From the NCBI RefSeq assembly GCF_018977255.1, contig NW_024704742.1, positions 117,616,001 to 117,680,000 on the forward strand: a stretch of DNA of 64,000 bases, read 5' to 3'. The position numbers and the translations under genes are program-made. How positions within the stretch are numbered: the stretch's first letter is position 1; each line of letters opens with the position of its first letter. The DNA is from Callorhinchus milii (taxonomy: Eukaryota). This document shows, in pieces, positions 38,451 to 51,499 of the stretch. The notes beneath the pieces are model-generated. The model was not told the DNA's origin and did no database searches. It saw only the letters and a program-made list of their open reading frames with translations.

Positions 38451-39620
38451 GTTAGTGTATCCTGGTGACTTGGAAGTTACCATTCTTTAGCATGGAAAAC
38501 TGAATGTTTTTTTGCATGCATGTGCAAGTCACTGACTGTTGGGTACTCTTGATCACCCTCCCCATTATAAGGCAGGTTTGTGAATTTATAGACCACAACT
38601 ACCTCCTTATAACAGGGTATCTCAAAGCAAGTAAATTACATATAATTACATAAAATGAAATGGCACAGAAACTGGAATTCGGCCCAACCATTTTCTGCCA
38701 CTGTTTACACTCCACATGGGTGTCCACCCATCCTAGTCCCCTCTCCTATATCCCTCTGTTCTCTTTTTCCTCATTTATGCATCAAGTTTCCTCTTAAATA
38801 TGTTGATTCTTTTTGTTCCAGCTCTGGCAGTAAAGTTCACATTCTCTACATCCTCTGTCTAATCTTCCTCCTAAACTCCCTTTGAGATTTGCTGGCAATC
38901 CTATATTGTTGACCTTTCATTTTTCATTTTATACAGTACACATCTGGTATTTTTTTTATTAAAAAGGAATTATGTTACACCATTAACTGTTATTAATGAC
39001 ACCCTGTTCTACCTTATGTGTCACCACTACTATGTGGAAACAATAACTTCTTCTAATCTCATTGCATCTCACTTTTGACCTTGTGACTTTTAGTTTTTGA
39101 GTTACAGTTTAAGTCAAACAGTCTGCCTACATTTACATCATCTATGCCTCCTGGCATTTTAAAGGCCTGGATAATGTCCACCTTCAGATCAACAATCGCG
39201 TCTGATGAAAACTAGACTGAGCCCTTAAGGCAATTTCCCTCACCAAAATGCCAATGATGTTTCTTTCAAATGATTGCTTTGGCATTCAGCATTATCTTTC
39301 CCTACATCAGAGATTGATAGGATAATCCCATTCATAATATGAAGTTATCATTTGCAATGACATTGTTTCATTGTGAAATTTATATCACTTGCAAAAAGAT
39401 TAAAATTATATTTGTGCTTACAGCTCTCCTGTACACTTTATGACTGTAAAACCTATTGCTTTTAAATGCTGACATCCATAGCTGGGTGTCTGACACATGT
39501 GGAAGTCCAGCACCATGCTTAAGAATATCCAAACAAGACTGAGAAATCAACAGATACATGTTACATAATCATGGAAATTTCCTGGATGTCTGGAATCAAA
39601 TGCAAACTCTCTCCCTTGAG

Positions 39621-40148
39621 CAGAGGTTCTCAAATTATGGGGCATTCCTCCCTTTGAAGGCGAGGGTGGATGCCAGTTGCATACCTCCGAACAATCCAAG
39701 GCTTTGCAGGACCATGTCCCAGCAAAGCCTCTGACAACCAAACCCCATGACAACAGTTCCTGCTGCAACCAAACCCCCTACAATGCTTCCCACCACAAAA
39801 ATTCCCACAATAGTGGTGGTGGTGGGGCACATCCCCACTGATTGACAGGGCTACAGACCAATGGCAGACCTTATTCCGAATTAGACCACCAATCGGAGTG
39901 CAGGGAGGGAGCGAGAGGGCAGAACCACGAGATAACACAAAAGGTGCTTTTTGAAAGAAAAGTAGTTTTGACTTTTGACACTCATATTCTTATTATAACT
40001 ACAGGTATATTCATCAAAGTCATCCTTCTACTATATTTCTTGTATTCTTGCAAAATATAGGATTTTCATTTTTTTAAACTATAGAGGTGCACAATTGTTT
40101 TTTTCTTAGTTTATGAAGGTTCACTATGACAAAGTTTGAGAACCCCAA
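39621..40148. mobile_element. Non-autonomous hAT (Charlie-like) DNA transposon, old
   Basis: TIRs CAGAGGTTCTCAAA ... GTTTGAGAACCCC; 8-bp flanks CCCTTGAG and CACTAGAG (6/8 identical), close to the Charlie-type NTCTAGAN target. Confidence 0.7.
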
Positions 40149-40499
40149 CACTAGAGAGACACACCCTTACTTAATTCCAGAAAGTATTAGGTGCAGATTG
40201 GCATGAGCCAAAGCTTGGGTACCCCAAAGTGTGCGTTGGATTATTGCTGGAGTTTAATCATGTTTAGCCTGTGCCGAGTACTCTCCAGAATTAGGTAAGC
40301 AGGATAAGACCCTCCAGGGAGAGAGTGCGCATTCTATTCAAATGTATGGGACGTTCCATATGTAAGTGGGATGCATGGAACTCTCAGTTTGGTTTGGATA
40401 CTCTTATGGTCATGAGTTCCTGCATGTGTCAGGTTACCAAAAAATTTAAATTAAAAATAACTTTTGATCCAAATGTAATCCTTGTCGTCAAACCCATAA

Positions 40500-41277
40500 T
40501 ACCTCTACTACCTCTTAATCTTCTCTGCTTTAGGGAGAATAATCCTAGTTTCGCTAACCTCTCCTCATATCTAAGGTCCTTCATTCCTGGTAAACCTCCT
40601 TTGCACTCTCTCCAATGCCCGAACATCTTTCCTAAAGCGCAGTGCCCAGAACTGAACGCAAGTACTCCAACTGAGGCCTAACCAGCATTTTATAAATATT
40701 CAACATAACCTCCTGACTTTTGTATTCTATGCCCCTATTTATAAAACCTAATATCCCGAATGCTTTTTTAACAGCTTTATCTGCCTGTCCTGCCACCTTC
40801 AGAGATTTGTTTATGCGGACTACAAGGTCTCTCTGTTCATTTGCCCCCTTTAAGATTGTACCATCAGCTTAGTATCGGCTGCAAATTTGGAAATTGTGCT
40901 CCTTCTATCCAGATCTTTACTATAGATCAGAAAGAGCAGTGGTCCCAATACCGGCCCCTGAGGGACACCACTCCACACCTCCCTCCAGTCGGAAAAGCAA
41001 TCGTTTACGAGCACTCTCTGCTTTCTCTCCCAGCCCCAGCTCTGGATCCATGTTGCCACAGTCCCTCTAATACCGTGGGCTTCTATTTTGTTTAAAAGTC
41101 TCTTATGTGGCACTTTGTCGAATGCCTTTTGAAAATCCAGATAAACTACGTCTACCGCACTACCTTCACCCGCCCTCTCAGTCACTTCATCCAAAAATTC
41201 TGTTAGGTTTGTCAGACGCGATCTGCCTTTGACAAATCCGTGTTGACTGTCCTTTATTAAACCATATTTTTCTAAGT
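40500..41277 (-). mobile_element. CR1 LINE RT fragments
   Basis: AVDVVYLDFQKAFDKVPHKRLL..GVPQGPVLGPLLFLIY..KFAADTKL. Confidence 0.92.
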
Positions 41278-41605
41278 GGAGTCCTGTAGCTCAGTGGTTA
41301 GAGCACTCGCTTTGCAAGTGAGAGACCTGAGTTCAATCCCAGGCAGAGGGTGAAACCTCGGGCAAGTTTCCTTACTCCACACAGAGCCTAATAATAATCC
41401 CTCCAAAACCCAAAACAATAATAAATTGGTCATTTTCAATCTACGACTGTTTGTGGGACATTGCTGTGCGCAATTGGCTGCCGCGTTCGCCCACAAATAG
41501 ACAGTCAATTCACTTTACAGTGTGTTCTGTGAAGCGCTTTGGGACGTCCTCCCGACGTGAAAAGCGCTATATCAAATGCAAGGATTATTATTATTATTAT
41601 TATTA
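41278..41605 (+). mobile_element. tRNA-derived SINE, short young form, full length
   Basis: GGAGTCCTGTAGCTCAGTGGTTAGAGC..GAGTTCAATCCC head, Deu-like core, tail hairpin 41533-41568, (TTA)n. Confidence 0.94.
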
Positions 41606-41899
41606 CCCAGGTATCCAGCTATCTCTCTTTTAAACACACAAGTGATAAATTAATCACAGTTCAGTTTCCAGTATCTATCGGTTTCTTTACACATTACATC
41701 AAGTAAGATTATTTAGGAACAGAAAAATAACAATACTTGCATTTGATATAGTGCCTTATCACAATACAATACAACACAAAATTGTTAGTCAATTTGCGGA
41801 TCGCTTTTCCAGGGGTAATAAGCCCTCAAAAATAAATATATAATTTTCAAAAATTCAATCCACAACTGTTTGTGGGACACTGCTGTGAGTAATTGACTG

Positions 41900-42455
41900 C
41901 CAGGGATGAGAACGTGAGTGGGGAGTGGGGAGAGTTGGGATCAGGGAGGGTCAAGGGACAGAAAGGATAGGAGGGTGGCCGAAGGTACGGATGAAGAGGA
42001 GGGTCTTGAGGCATGCCTTGAAGGAGACAAGGGAGGGAGTGAGGCAAAGGGAACATGCGATGGAGTTCCAGATGGTGGGGGCAGAGAGGCTGAAGGCCTG
42101 ATTGCCGATGGTGGGGCAGGTCGGGTGGGGGACATGGAGCAGACTGGAGCCTGCTAAGTGGAGGGATCGGACAGATTGATAAAGGGTTAGCAGGTCGGAG
42201 AGGTAGGAGGGGGCAAGGCCATGGAGGGTCTTGAAGATGAGGATGAAAATTTTGAACTTGTTCCTCTGAGGGATGCGGAGCCAGTGAAGCTGGACGAGGG
42301 TGGGTGTGATGGGGTCACGGAGTCTGGTGCGATGGAGGACACGAGCTGCAGAACTCTCGATGATCTGCCGCTTGTGGAGGGAAGAGTTGGGAAGGCCAAT
42401 GAGCAGGGCGTTGGATTAGTTGAGCCTGGTTGTATTTAAGGCATGTATGAGGGTT
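41900..42455 (-). mobile_element. L2 LINE 3' fragment
   Basis: Reverse complement of the L2 C-terminal region seen at 35720-36120; 5'-truncated at ~42455. Confidence 0.88.
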
Positions 42456-42483
42456 AGGGGTTAAGGTTAGGGTTATGGTTAGG
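42451..42483 (+). repeat. Short degenerate interstitial telomere-like repeat
   Basis: GGGTTAGGGGTTAAGGTTAGGGTTATGGTTAGG, about 5 degenerate TTAGGG units. Confidence 0.75.
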
Positions 42484-42889
42484 AACTCCCTCTCTCTACC
42501 ATCCTTCTGATCACATTTGGTTGTGGAAGAAATTTGTTGCTGAAATAAAAATGGTGATACACTGGAAGTTTTTTTTGGTAGATTGAATGTACTACAGTTT
42601 CTAACCGATTCAGATCCTAACCCAGTTCATTGAAGTTGCAATTGTCAGTTTGACCAATATGTAATAAATGTGGTTATTGGTTGCATCTTGTTTCTCTTCA
42701 AAAATAGGAACTGTAATCATTAACAGACTGATTTGGTTGCGATCAAATATTTTTACTTCCTTCTTATTCCACAAGAGTTTTGGAAATATGCTTTGCAAAG
42801 ATGGTTACAAGAACATACTTCTTTAAACTACACAAGTCCTCTCCCCCCAACTATAAACAGCTCCACAGTCCAAAGTGTAACCCATATTT

Positions 42890-43235
42890 AGTTATTTCAT
42901 CAACAAAATTATTGAATTTGTAAACCAAGACTTACCTTTAACAAATCCATAATGACCACCTTTAATCAATCTATGTCTTCTCAAGTGTTTATGAATATCG
43001 TCCATTATTATAGCTGCTAAAAGTTTACCCACTATAGATGTTAGACTGACTGGTCTATAATTACATGACTGATCCATTCTCCCTTTTCAAACAGGTGTTA
43101 TAATAGCTACCCTCCAAAATCCTGGCACAACTTTTATATCTAAGGATCTCAAAAAGTTGTCGTCAGAGCATCTACTATTTCCTCCCTAATTTCACTCAAC
43201 ATTTTAGAATGCAAGACATTAGGCCTCGGTGACTT
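42890..43235 (-). mobile_element. Old CR1 LINE RT fragment
   Basis: NYRPVSLTSIVGKLL..HYGFVKGKSWFTNSI. Confidence 0.8.
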
Positions 43236-45500
43236 GATGATGCCTACGGTAGTGTTTCCTATAAACAGCCTTTCAAAAGGGGAACAAATACAGATAGAAA
43301 CTAGTGAAACAGCCTTCATTGGTAGTGATTACATTTCATTTGTATTGGAATTCCTGGGATTTATCATTTTCCTAGTCAATTGTGGGATGACTTATTTGGT
43401 AGCATTTCTGTTGAAATTTGATACCTATGAAACCTACCTGTCTTTGATACCTATCTATGAGCTTTCGTTAAAGCTTTAAACCCAGAAGTTAGTGCTGTAC
43501 ATTGCAGCAATGGTTAGCCCTTTAGAATTATTTTCAGAAGAAAAAAGGCGGCAGAATGTATGATTTGTTTTACACCGTGTTGTTAGATTGTGGAATACCT
43601 TATCACAAATGCCATTGAAACTAAATCCATAACAGCATTTATAAAGGAAATGCAGGCTGACTTTGGTATAATGAACGCCCTGGAGACTTGGAAAAAAAGA
43701 GCGTTATATCTGGGTGTTCGCTACAAACATTTTTGTATACCAAAATGCTCGAGCGTTACACATGGCGAAGGGGAAGAGGAGCGGGTGTATGGGATGAGAT
43801 GCGGAGAGGGGGCTGTGCGAGTTTCTGCCCTCTGCTCTCACTCTCCGGCGCTTGGATACATGTGTGTATTGGTTTGCTGCCAAACAACCTCAAGAAAAAA
43901 ATAATAATAAATTACATTAATAAATAATAAATATCTGCAAGCCTGACTGCTCTGTGTCTATGGAACAAACCCCTATTTATAGGCAACAGTATGAAATTTA
44001 CATAGTTTATCCAAGCATTTTATTGCAGGAGATGCCACAATGTCACATGGGAATGAACAAATAGTAATCAGTTTTGAAAGATAGCTCGTACATACAGTAT
44101 CACTCAAGCAACCAGTTTTACCATTCCTATCACTCCTTTAAAAACAAACTAGGTTACACATCTGGTGTCTATTACAGAGCCACACAATAGGATTAAACCC
44201 TGCAGTCCTCATGGAAGCCAGATATTTATTTGACAACAGGCGGTGAGGGAAACAGAAAAAAAATTATATCACAGAGCCTGTGGGTGCAAAACAGCAAATA
44301 ATGAAATTTAAGATAAACATTCATCAACAACTTCACACAGGGTAGCATCTCGGGGCACTTCAATGTTGGTAACAGACTGGTTCTGTAATAGCCAGTAGCA
44401 CCTCGGAAGGATTGGGGTGATGGAGGTACTGAGTTTGGTGCGGGTGAGAATACGAACAGCAGAGTTTTGAATTAAATGGATTTTATGAAGTCTATAATAC
44501 TTACAATTTAATTTGCTTTATTCATGGTCTTGTCTATTTGTACTCACACTGTAACAATCAATGCATTCCTAGGTCTCTCTGCTCCTCCATTAAGAATATT
44601 ATCATTTGTCAAGCGCTCTGGGACATGACCCCGAGTGAAGGGCATTATATATTTATATATAATTGTTATTGTTGTTGTAGTGAATGTATTTTATTGGCTT
44701 CACCCAAGGTCCTTACACACGCATATACACACACACTGCTGCAGTCCCATCTGAAATTAGCTAACAGCACAGAACCTGCAACCTTCCAATCTGTATAACT
44801 TAAATCTGGGCAATTATTTACTGGGTCAACAATATAGTGTGTAATTTGTCTATACGAGAAAACATACAAATAATAAATATCAACAATTAAATAAGTATCA
44901 ATATCCAATAACCAATGTAATTGTGTGCATGAAACCATTGATTTTCAAGAGATTTGTATTTCTTATTCACAAAAAATAATAAAATATTGTTCTGGTCTTT
45001 GAGACACTACCAGAGAAAATGCCACCCTGTCGTTAACATTCTGATTCTCACACTAATTCAGCACAACCTGCTGGAGGTTCACTGTTGAAAACTAGTACAG
45101 CTAACATCTACATTTAACTATAATGCCCTATTACATTTGTTTCATAACTGAATTATGATCAACTACAAAGTACTGTTTTGTCCATGATTTGTCAGCTCTC
45201 TCCAAAGTCTATAGTAATGAGTTTTGTAAACCTTCTGTATTCACACCAATTGACTTTTGTACAAACCAGAACTCAGTGGTGACTCAATAGCAGAACTCAG
45301 CTCATCGGAAATCCTTCTGATTGATATTTTCACAGCACAAATATATAACAAGCGTGGAACTAAAATGACTGCCTTATGATCTGTCTGCAGTGCTCTTGAA
45401 CTGTTGATTGGTGTATGGTATAAATGGTTTTCCGTTTGGCATTTTGAGACACACATGGGTACGTATTTTATATTCAAAGCATACACTAACTAGCAGTCAT

Positions 45501-45804
45501 GGAGTCCTGTAGCTCAATGGTTAGAGCACTCGCCTCTCAAGCGAGAGACCTGGGTTCAATTCCCAGCAGGGCGAAACCTTGGCCAAGTTTCCTTACTCCA
45601 CACGCCTAATAATAATCCCTCAAGAAAAAAAACAATAATAAATTGGTCACTTCAATCCACGACTGTTTGTGGGACACCGCTGCGCACAATCTGGTTGCTG
45701 CATTTTGCCCACAAAAATATACAGTCAATTCACTGTACAGCATATTCTGTGAAGCACTTTGAGACGTCTAGAAGACGTGAAATGCAAGGATTATTATTAT
45801 TATT
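45501..45804 (+). mobile_element. tRNA-derived SINE, short form with alternative tail loop
   Basis: Full head and core; tail gagacgtctagaagacgtg. Confidence 0.9.
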
Positions 45805-47159
45805 GTTGATAATTTCATTTTTACACTGACAGTGGTATTTATTTATCAAAAAGGTCACAATATCTATGGCTTATTCCCCATTTGACTATCATGCAAGGAT
45901 GATTAGATTCATTTCTTCAAACTAAAAAAGCAGACAAATTCATGAAATCTGGCTGTTATCACTTGCACAACAATTTCAACCAGAGATTATAAGAACAGAA
46001 GTTATATTTCAGTAAATAACTGGCAAAAGTTAAACTCGGTCCAGTTGAATACTACGTATGGCGATGGGTTTCCATATGTGTCAATCACCTAGCTGACCAA
46101 ATATAATCCTGAACATTAAATTGGTGCACAGGGATAATTAACATAAACAGCTTTTTTTTAATTTTCCATACCCATATGATGTATTGTATTGTTTATTTTA
46201 ACTTATAAGTGCTCTATTAACTTTTTAATAAAACATACCGTTTTCTTTCTTTTTCCATCAATTCAAAGCTATCTTGCTGAAAACCTCTGCTGGCTGATAG
46301 GTGGTTTTATTTAATCATTCAGAAGATTCATTTCTATGGTTTGATCTGAACACATTGTCAAACATTAAGTCAAAAACTTTTAATGAGTTTTGGCCATCTC
46401 AGCAAGTGTAAAACACATGATAATTCTAATTATATTTGCCAAGTTATTACGTTGGTGTACTCAGGGGATTTAACAATTACCCTATAACTTGCATCAGAAA
46501 ATGCTTAGATTAGGATTAATTATGTTTGGTAAACATTACAAATCTTACTGTCCCTCAGCCGCTACCAAAATGTCACCAGTTACTGTCTACCCCAAACCAT
46601 CCCCACCAATAGCTCCCTAAGTGCCACCAACCGCCCACTAACAGTCTGCCAACAGTCACCACTTGGCCCCCAAGTGCCCTCCTGTGCCCCACAAGTGTCA
46701 CCTGCTATATCCCCTCCCACCTCCTCACCCTGCCCTTTGTTTCTTTAATTTTTGATCACTGTACATAATTCTCCTCCAATATCGCATCTATTTCTTCTCA
46801 GTGTTACCAATATATTTTAATATATATATATTTAACATATATTATGTTTCATATATCATGTTTTAATATATTGTCACCACAAGTACTTTATTTCCATTCT
46901 TAATTTATACCTTCATCACAAAGGTTTTTTAGTGCATAGTGTAATGCTTGTGTGTCATAAATAAACAAAATAATGCTTTTCATCCTTTGGGTATGTCATA
47001 GTTCTTGGCTGAGCTCTGTATGGTAAAACAAAAATTGTTGATATTACCAACTTTCTGTTGTTTAGAATTTGCCCAGGGGTCATGTGTTAAAAGGAAAGTG
47101 AAAGATCAGAAGACTTAGTATGACACCTACTGGTAACAGTGGAAGAGAGCTGAGCTTTA

Positions 47160-47381
47160 ATAATAATAATAATAATAATAATCCTTGCATTTGATATAGC
47201 GCTTTTCACGTCAGGAGGATGTTCCAAAGCGCTTCACAGAACACACTGTAAAGTGAATTGATTGTATATTTGCGAGCGAACGCGGCAGCCAATTGCGTAC
47301 AGCAATGTCCCACAAACAGTCGTGGATTGAAAATGACTAATTTATTATTGTTTTTGGTTTTGGAGGGATTATTATTAGGCG
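47160..47381 (-). mobile_element. 5'-truncated SINE
   Basis: Core, tail and (TTA)n in reverse orientation; head absent. Confidence 0.88.
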
Positions 47382-48502
47382 TTTCTACAACTTGGTTTGT
47401 CATTTGTTTGAATTTCTTAATAATCTGCAATGAATCCATACGTTCCAGGTCGGACCATCAAAAAGGGCAATCTGGTGTTCTACACCTGCTTAAAATTGTC
47501 TGATTGAAAAGAACATTGCTTTGTTCAACAGAGCTTCTGGTGAACATTGGTGCTAAGGACTAAACGGGTGTTTAATTCAAACATTCTACAGTTCAGTTTA
47601 AACTATTTTTGGGTTGTACATATATATAATTATATATATAATTAAACAGTAAGGACCATTTATACACTCTTGCTCTACCCTTGCCTGAAAGAACAAGAAT
47701 TCACATTTATATAGCGACTTTCATGAAAGGAGGCACCTCTCAAAGCATTGATAGCCCAATCTGCAAGTGAGAGGGAGCTAAAAATGTGGGGGAGAGATAG
47801 CGACCAAAAGCTGGGTCAAAAAGAAAGGTCTTAAGGAGGGGAGGGGACGAGCAAGGCAGAGTAACTCCAAGATGGAGTTCCAGAGAATGGGGCAGAATGG
47901 CTGGTCCATTAATGGTGCAATACATTTTTTACTATGTCCAGATAATAAGGTCTCAAAAAATAGGGGTTTTGATGCAAAATAATGCAAAACTGTATTGCAT
48001 ACAGTTCTAGTTTGCAACAACATAAGGGGATTGCTCAGGCTATTGAAGAAGTGCAAAGGAGCCAAAGGAGAACAACAAGGATGATCACCAGTGTTAGAGG
48101 AATGAGCTATGAGCAAAGATAGACAAGCTAGTGTTTTTTCAAACTTGAAAGGAAACATCTCGGAGAGCACCTTATATTCAGGTTTACAAGATTTGAAATG
48201 GGATTGAGAAATACTTTCAGAAGCACCAAGACAACAGAAGAAGATGACATAAGTTTGGGATTGCAAAGCGCAATTTCAGGATGGACACCAATAATCATTT
48301 CTTTATCCAGTAGGTAATTAACAACTGGAACTGGTTACGAGGAAGGGTGGTTGAGCCCATCTTAAAAAAAAAACAGCTTGATAATGTGATCGGAGAACTG
48401 TAGGGTGAATATTTTGGAAGGATGAGACCAAAAAGACCAATGGGTTGCCTTTTTTCATCCGATCTGTTATCCATTTTGTTACACACCAGTATTGTTACAC
48501 AT

Positions 48503-48516
48503 CTGCCCTCTAGTGG
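48503..48516 (-). promoter_or_regulatory. Candidate CTCF site
   Basis: Minus strand CCACTAGAGGGCAG matches the CTCF core consensus CCASYAGRKGGCRS. Confidence 0.55.
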
Positions 48517-49522
48517 ACAATTTGTCCACGTACTAATTTCCAATCTATTAGGTTAAAGGCATTGTAAATTTCTCAAATGGTCTATATAACATGTGGCCAT
48601 TCTCTTCCCGATCTCTCTCTATGACACTCTGACTCCCTGTCACTCTCTCCGTCTCTCTCTCTCTCCCCACCTTTGTCTCTTCCCATCTCTCTCTCTCTCT
48701 CTCCTGTCGCTCTCTTGTCTCTTCTGCAGCAAGCTCAATATTACAGCAAGTGCCTTTGGAATAATGTTTTATTTGCATTTTCATCTTTTTAATTACTTGG
48801 AATCGTATCAAATTAGTGCCTGGGTTTAAGTGGCCAATCCCTACCAAATAATAATAATAATGTAGTCACACAATCCATGACTGTTTGTGGGACACTGCTG
48901 TGCGCAATTGGCGCGGTGTTTCATCCACAAAATACACAGTCATTTCACTTTATAGTATTTCTGTGAAGTGCTTTTAGATGTCTCGAAGACAAGATAAGGC
49001 GCTATATCAAATGCATTGAGGGAATTGAGGTTATTGAGGGAAAATTCTTATCTTGGCATACAAACAAAGTGTTGTGTGAAATTACAACAACAACAAGATT
49101 GCATTTATAGAGCGCCTTTCACGTCGGGAGGACGTCCCAAGTTGGGTTGGATTCCGAGCAGGGGGGCAATGGTCAGGGGGAGGGAAGGGAGGGAGCGAGG
49201 CAGAGAAAGATCTGTACTTTAATCCACAGTTGCCAATTAATCTTGACTCCATCACAATTATGCATACAGTCAAGGTCCAATAAACTTATGTCAAGTGGAG
49301 CTCATCACCTCAGCATTTATTAGTAGAGTATGATTTTTGCCTCATGAACCTCCTGGAATTATTTAGTTACAATATTACAGAACAGTAGAGGTTGAGGAAC
49401 ATCACGACAGCCATTTTTTTATAACAATTTCCATCATGGAAAAAAAAGTATGTTACGCCAATGTAGTTCAATTTGATGCTGTAAACAAATCAATTCAAAA
49501 AAATTAACTGGTGTCATTCTTG

Positions 49523-49977
49523 ATAATAATAATAATAATAATAATCCTTGCATTTGATATAGCACTTTTCACGTCTTCTAGATGTCTCAAAACGCTTCAC
49601 AGAATAATAATAATAATAATAATCCTTGCATTTGATATAGCGCTTTTCACGTCGGGAGGACGTCCCAAATCGCTTCACAGAACACACTGTAAAGTGAATT
49701 GACTGTATATTTGTGGGCGAAATGTGGCAGCCAATTGCTCACAGCAGTGTCCCACAAGCAGCCGTGGATTGAGTGACCAAATAATAATTTTTTTGAAGGA
49801 TTATTATCTCTGGAAAAGCGATCCGCCAATCGACTAACAACCGGGTTCCTACTTACTGCTAGGTAAACAGAGGCATGTGGAGTAAGAAAACTTTCCCAAC
49901 ATTTTGCCCTGCTTGGAATCGAACCAAGGTCTCTCACTTGCAAGGCGAGTGCTCTAACCTCTGAGCTACAGGACTCC
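49523..49977 (-). mobile_element. Long-form SINE with an extra tandem tail fragment
   Basis: Full SINE at ~49603-49977 plus a second tail unit at ~49523-49602 with a different loop sequence. Confidence 0.88.
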
Positions 49978-50590
49978 ACACATGACCATATTGACATGAC
50001 CATATTGAATTTTAATTTTTTGTCTTGATTGTTTAAAAATCGGCTATGGAGCTAATATTTTTCAATGATCATCCTACTGCTATTAATGGATAATACACAG
50101 TATCCAGTCAATCTACTTCACAATATATTCTGTGAAAAGGCACTATCATCAAATGCAAGGATTATATTTATTATAGCAGCAGTACAGAAAAGACGCAGAA
50201 GTAAAGTAGGGCAGAATTTAGAAGTTAGAGGCAAAAACATATTGAACATTTCCCAATTACTAAAAACATTTTTATGATATTATGTTTAATTTTTTGCACA
50301 TACGTTTGTACTTTGTTTGATCCCAACAAACGCAGATTTTTATCCTATCGCTATTAAAGTACATTTTGTCTTAATAAAATGAAACAAATATCATTGGCTG
50401 AATTATCTGCTGCTTTTCAGGGGATAGTGGGAAGCATTTTTATAATACAATGATAAATATATTAATATAGAACGTGTAATTTTAGTGCTTTATGATGCTG
50501 CACCATCTCAAAGCACTTTACAGTGATTATCATGAATAATAATTGGTGGTCCCAGCTGAAAATGTCATTATTTTACTGCTTTATCTAATA

Positions 50591-51143
50591 CTAGTTGTAC
50601 CCATTGTGGCTACACTTGCAACCAAAGGATCCAATATGGAATGTAGATTGACACACAAGCAGACACACAGACAGACATTAAATCTTTATCTATACTCATC
50701 TGGGAGGACTCCTGTGCGAGGGCTCAATGGGAGGACTCGGCGCTTCAAAAATGTAATTTTGTTGTTGCCACGGCTTTGCTTCGTCTGCGTGCTTTATTTT
50801 GTTCCCGCCGTTTGGCTACGTGCATGCTCTATGAGACAGGATACCACAGCGCCACGGTCAGCCAGCACAGCCACCAGGTGTAATTGCAGCGAGTACGTAC
50901 ATACATAGGTGCTCTGTGACGCACAATGCATAGCGCCACTTTGACTTGGCAGCCACCAGGTGTAACTGCAGCGAAAAACGGAAAACAACTCATGAGCAAT
51001 AGGCGATACCCGAAAACAAATATGCCCATGTCACTCCCAGTACTCGACCTTTCCGATGAGGTATAAATCATGTCTCTACGTCAATCGGTTATCAAGATCC
51101 TTCTTGAAGCGCAGACACACATCGTCGTTTTATTAATATAAGA
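50591..51143 (-). mobile_element. Non-autonomous Helitron-like element (possibly two tandem pieces)
   Basis: On the minus strand it begins A|TCTTATATTAATAAAA and ends GGGTACAACTAG|T (5'-TC...CTAG-3' in an AT target, no TSD), with a (TCTG)n-like tract. The subterminal hairpin is degenerate. Confidence 0.6.
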
Positions 51144-51144
51144 T

Positions 51145-51332
51145 TAATAATAGTAATAATCCTTGCATTTGATAAAACGCGTTATCACGTCTTCGAGACG
51201 TCTCAAAGCGCTTCACAGAATATACTGTTAAGTGAATTGACTGTATATTTTATGGGTGAAACGCAGCAGCCAATTGGGCACAGCAGCGTCCCACAAACAG
51301 TCGTGGATTGAGTGACCAAATTATTATTATTA
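51145..51332 (-). mobile_element. 5'-truncated SINE
   Basis: Deu-like core plus tail gagacgtctcgaagacgtgataa..tatcaaatgcaaggattatt in reverse. Confidence 0.85.
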
Positions 51333-51499
51333 TAGTTCCGTCTGGGACCACCCTACCCATTAGGGCTTTGGCTTGCAGTGTTAACAGGTTTCAAAAACAA
51401 GTCCCTGGGGACTGGTCTGCTTCTCCAGGTCCTGCTAATGACCCAAGATGCCTAGTCCATCACCAACAGTGTTGTGGAGCACGGAAGAACAGAGAGGAT

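Noticed and set aside
39547..39938. Membrane-protein-like small ORFs
   Set aside because: They are antisense readings of the C/A-rich minisatellite inside a hAT MITE.
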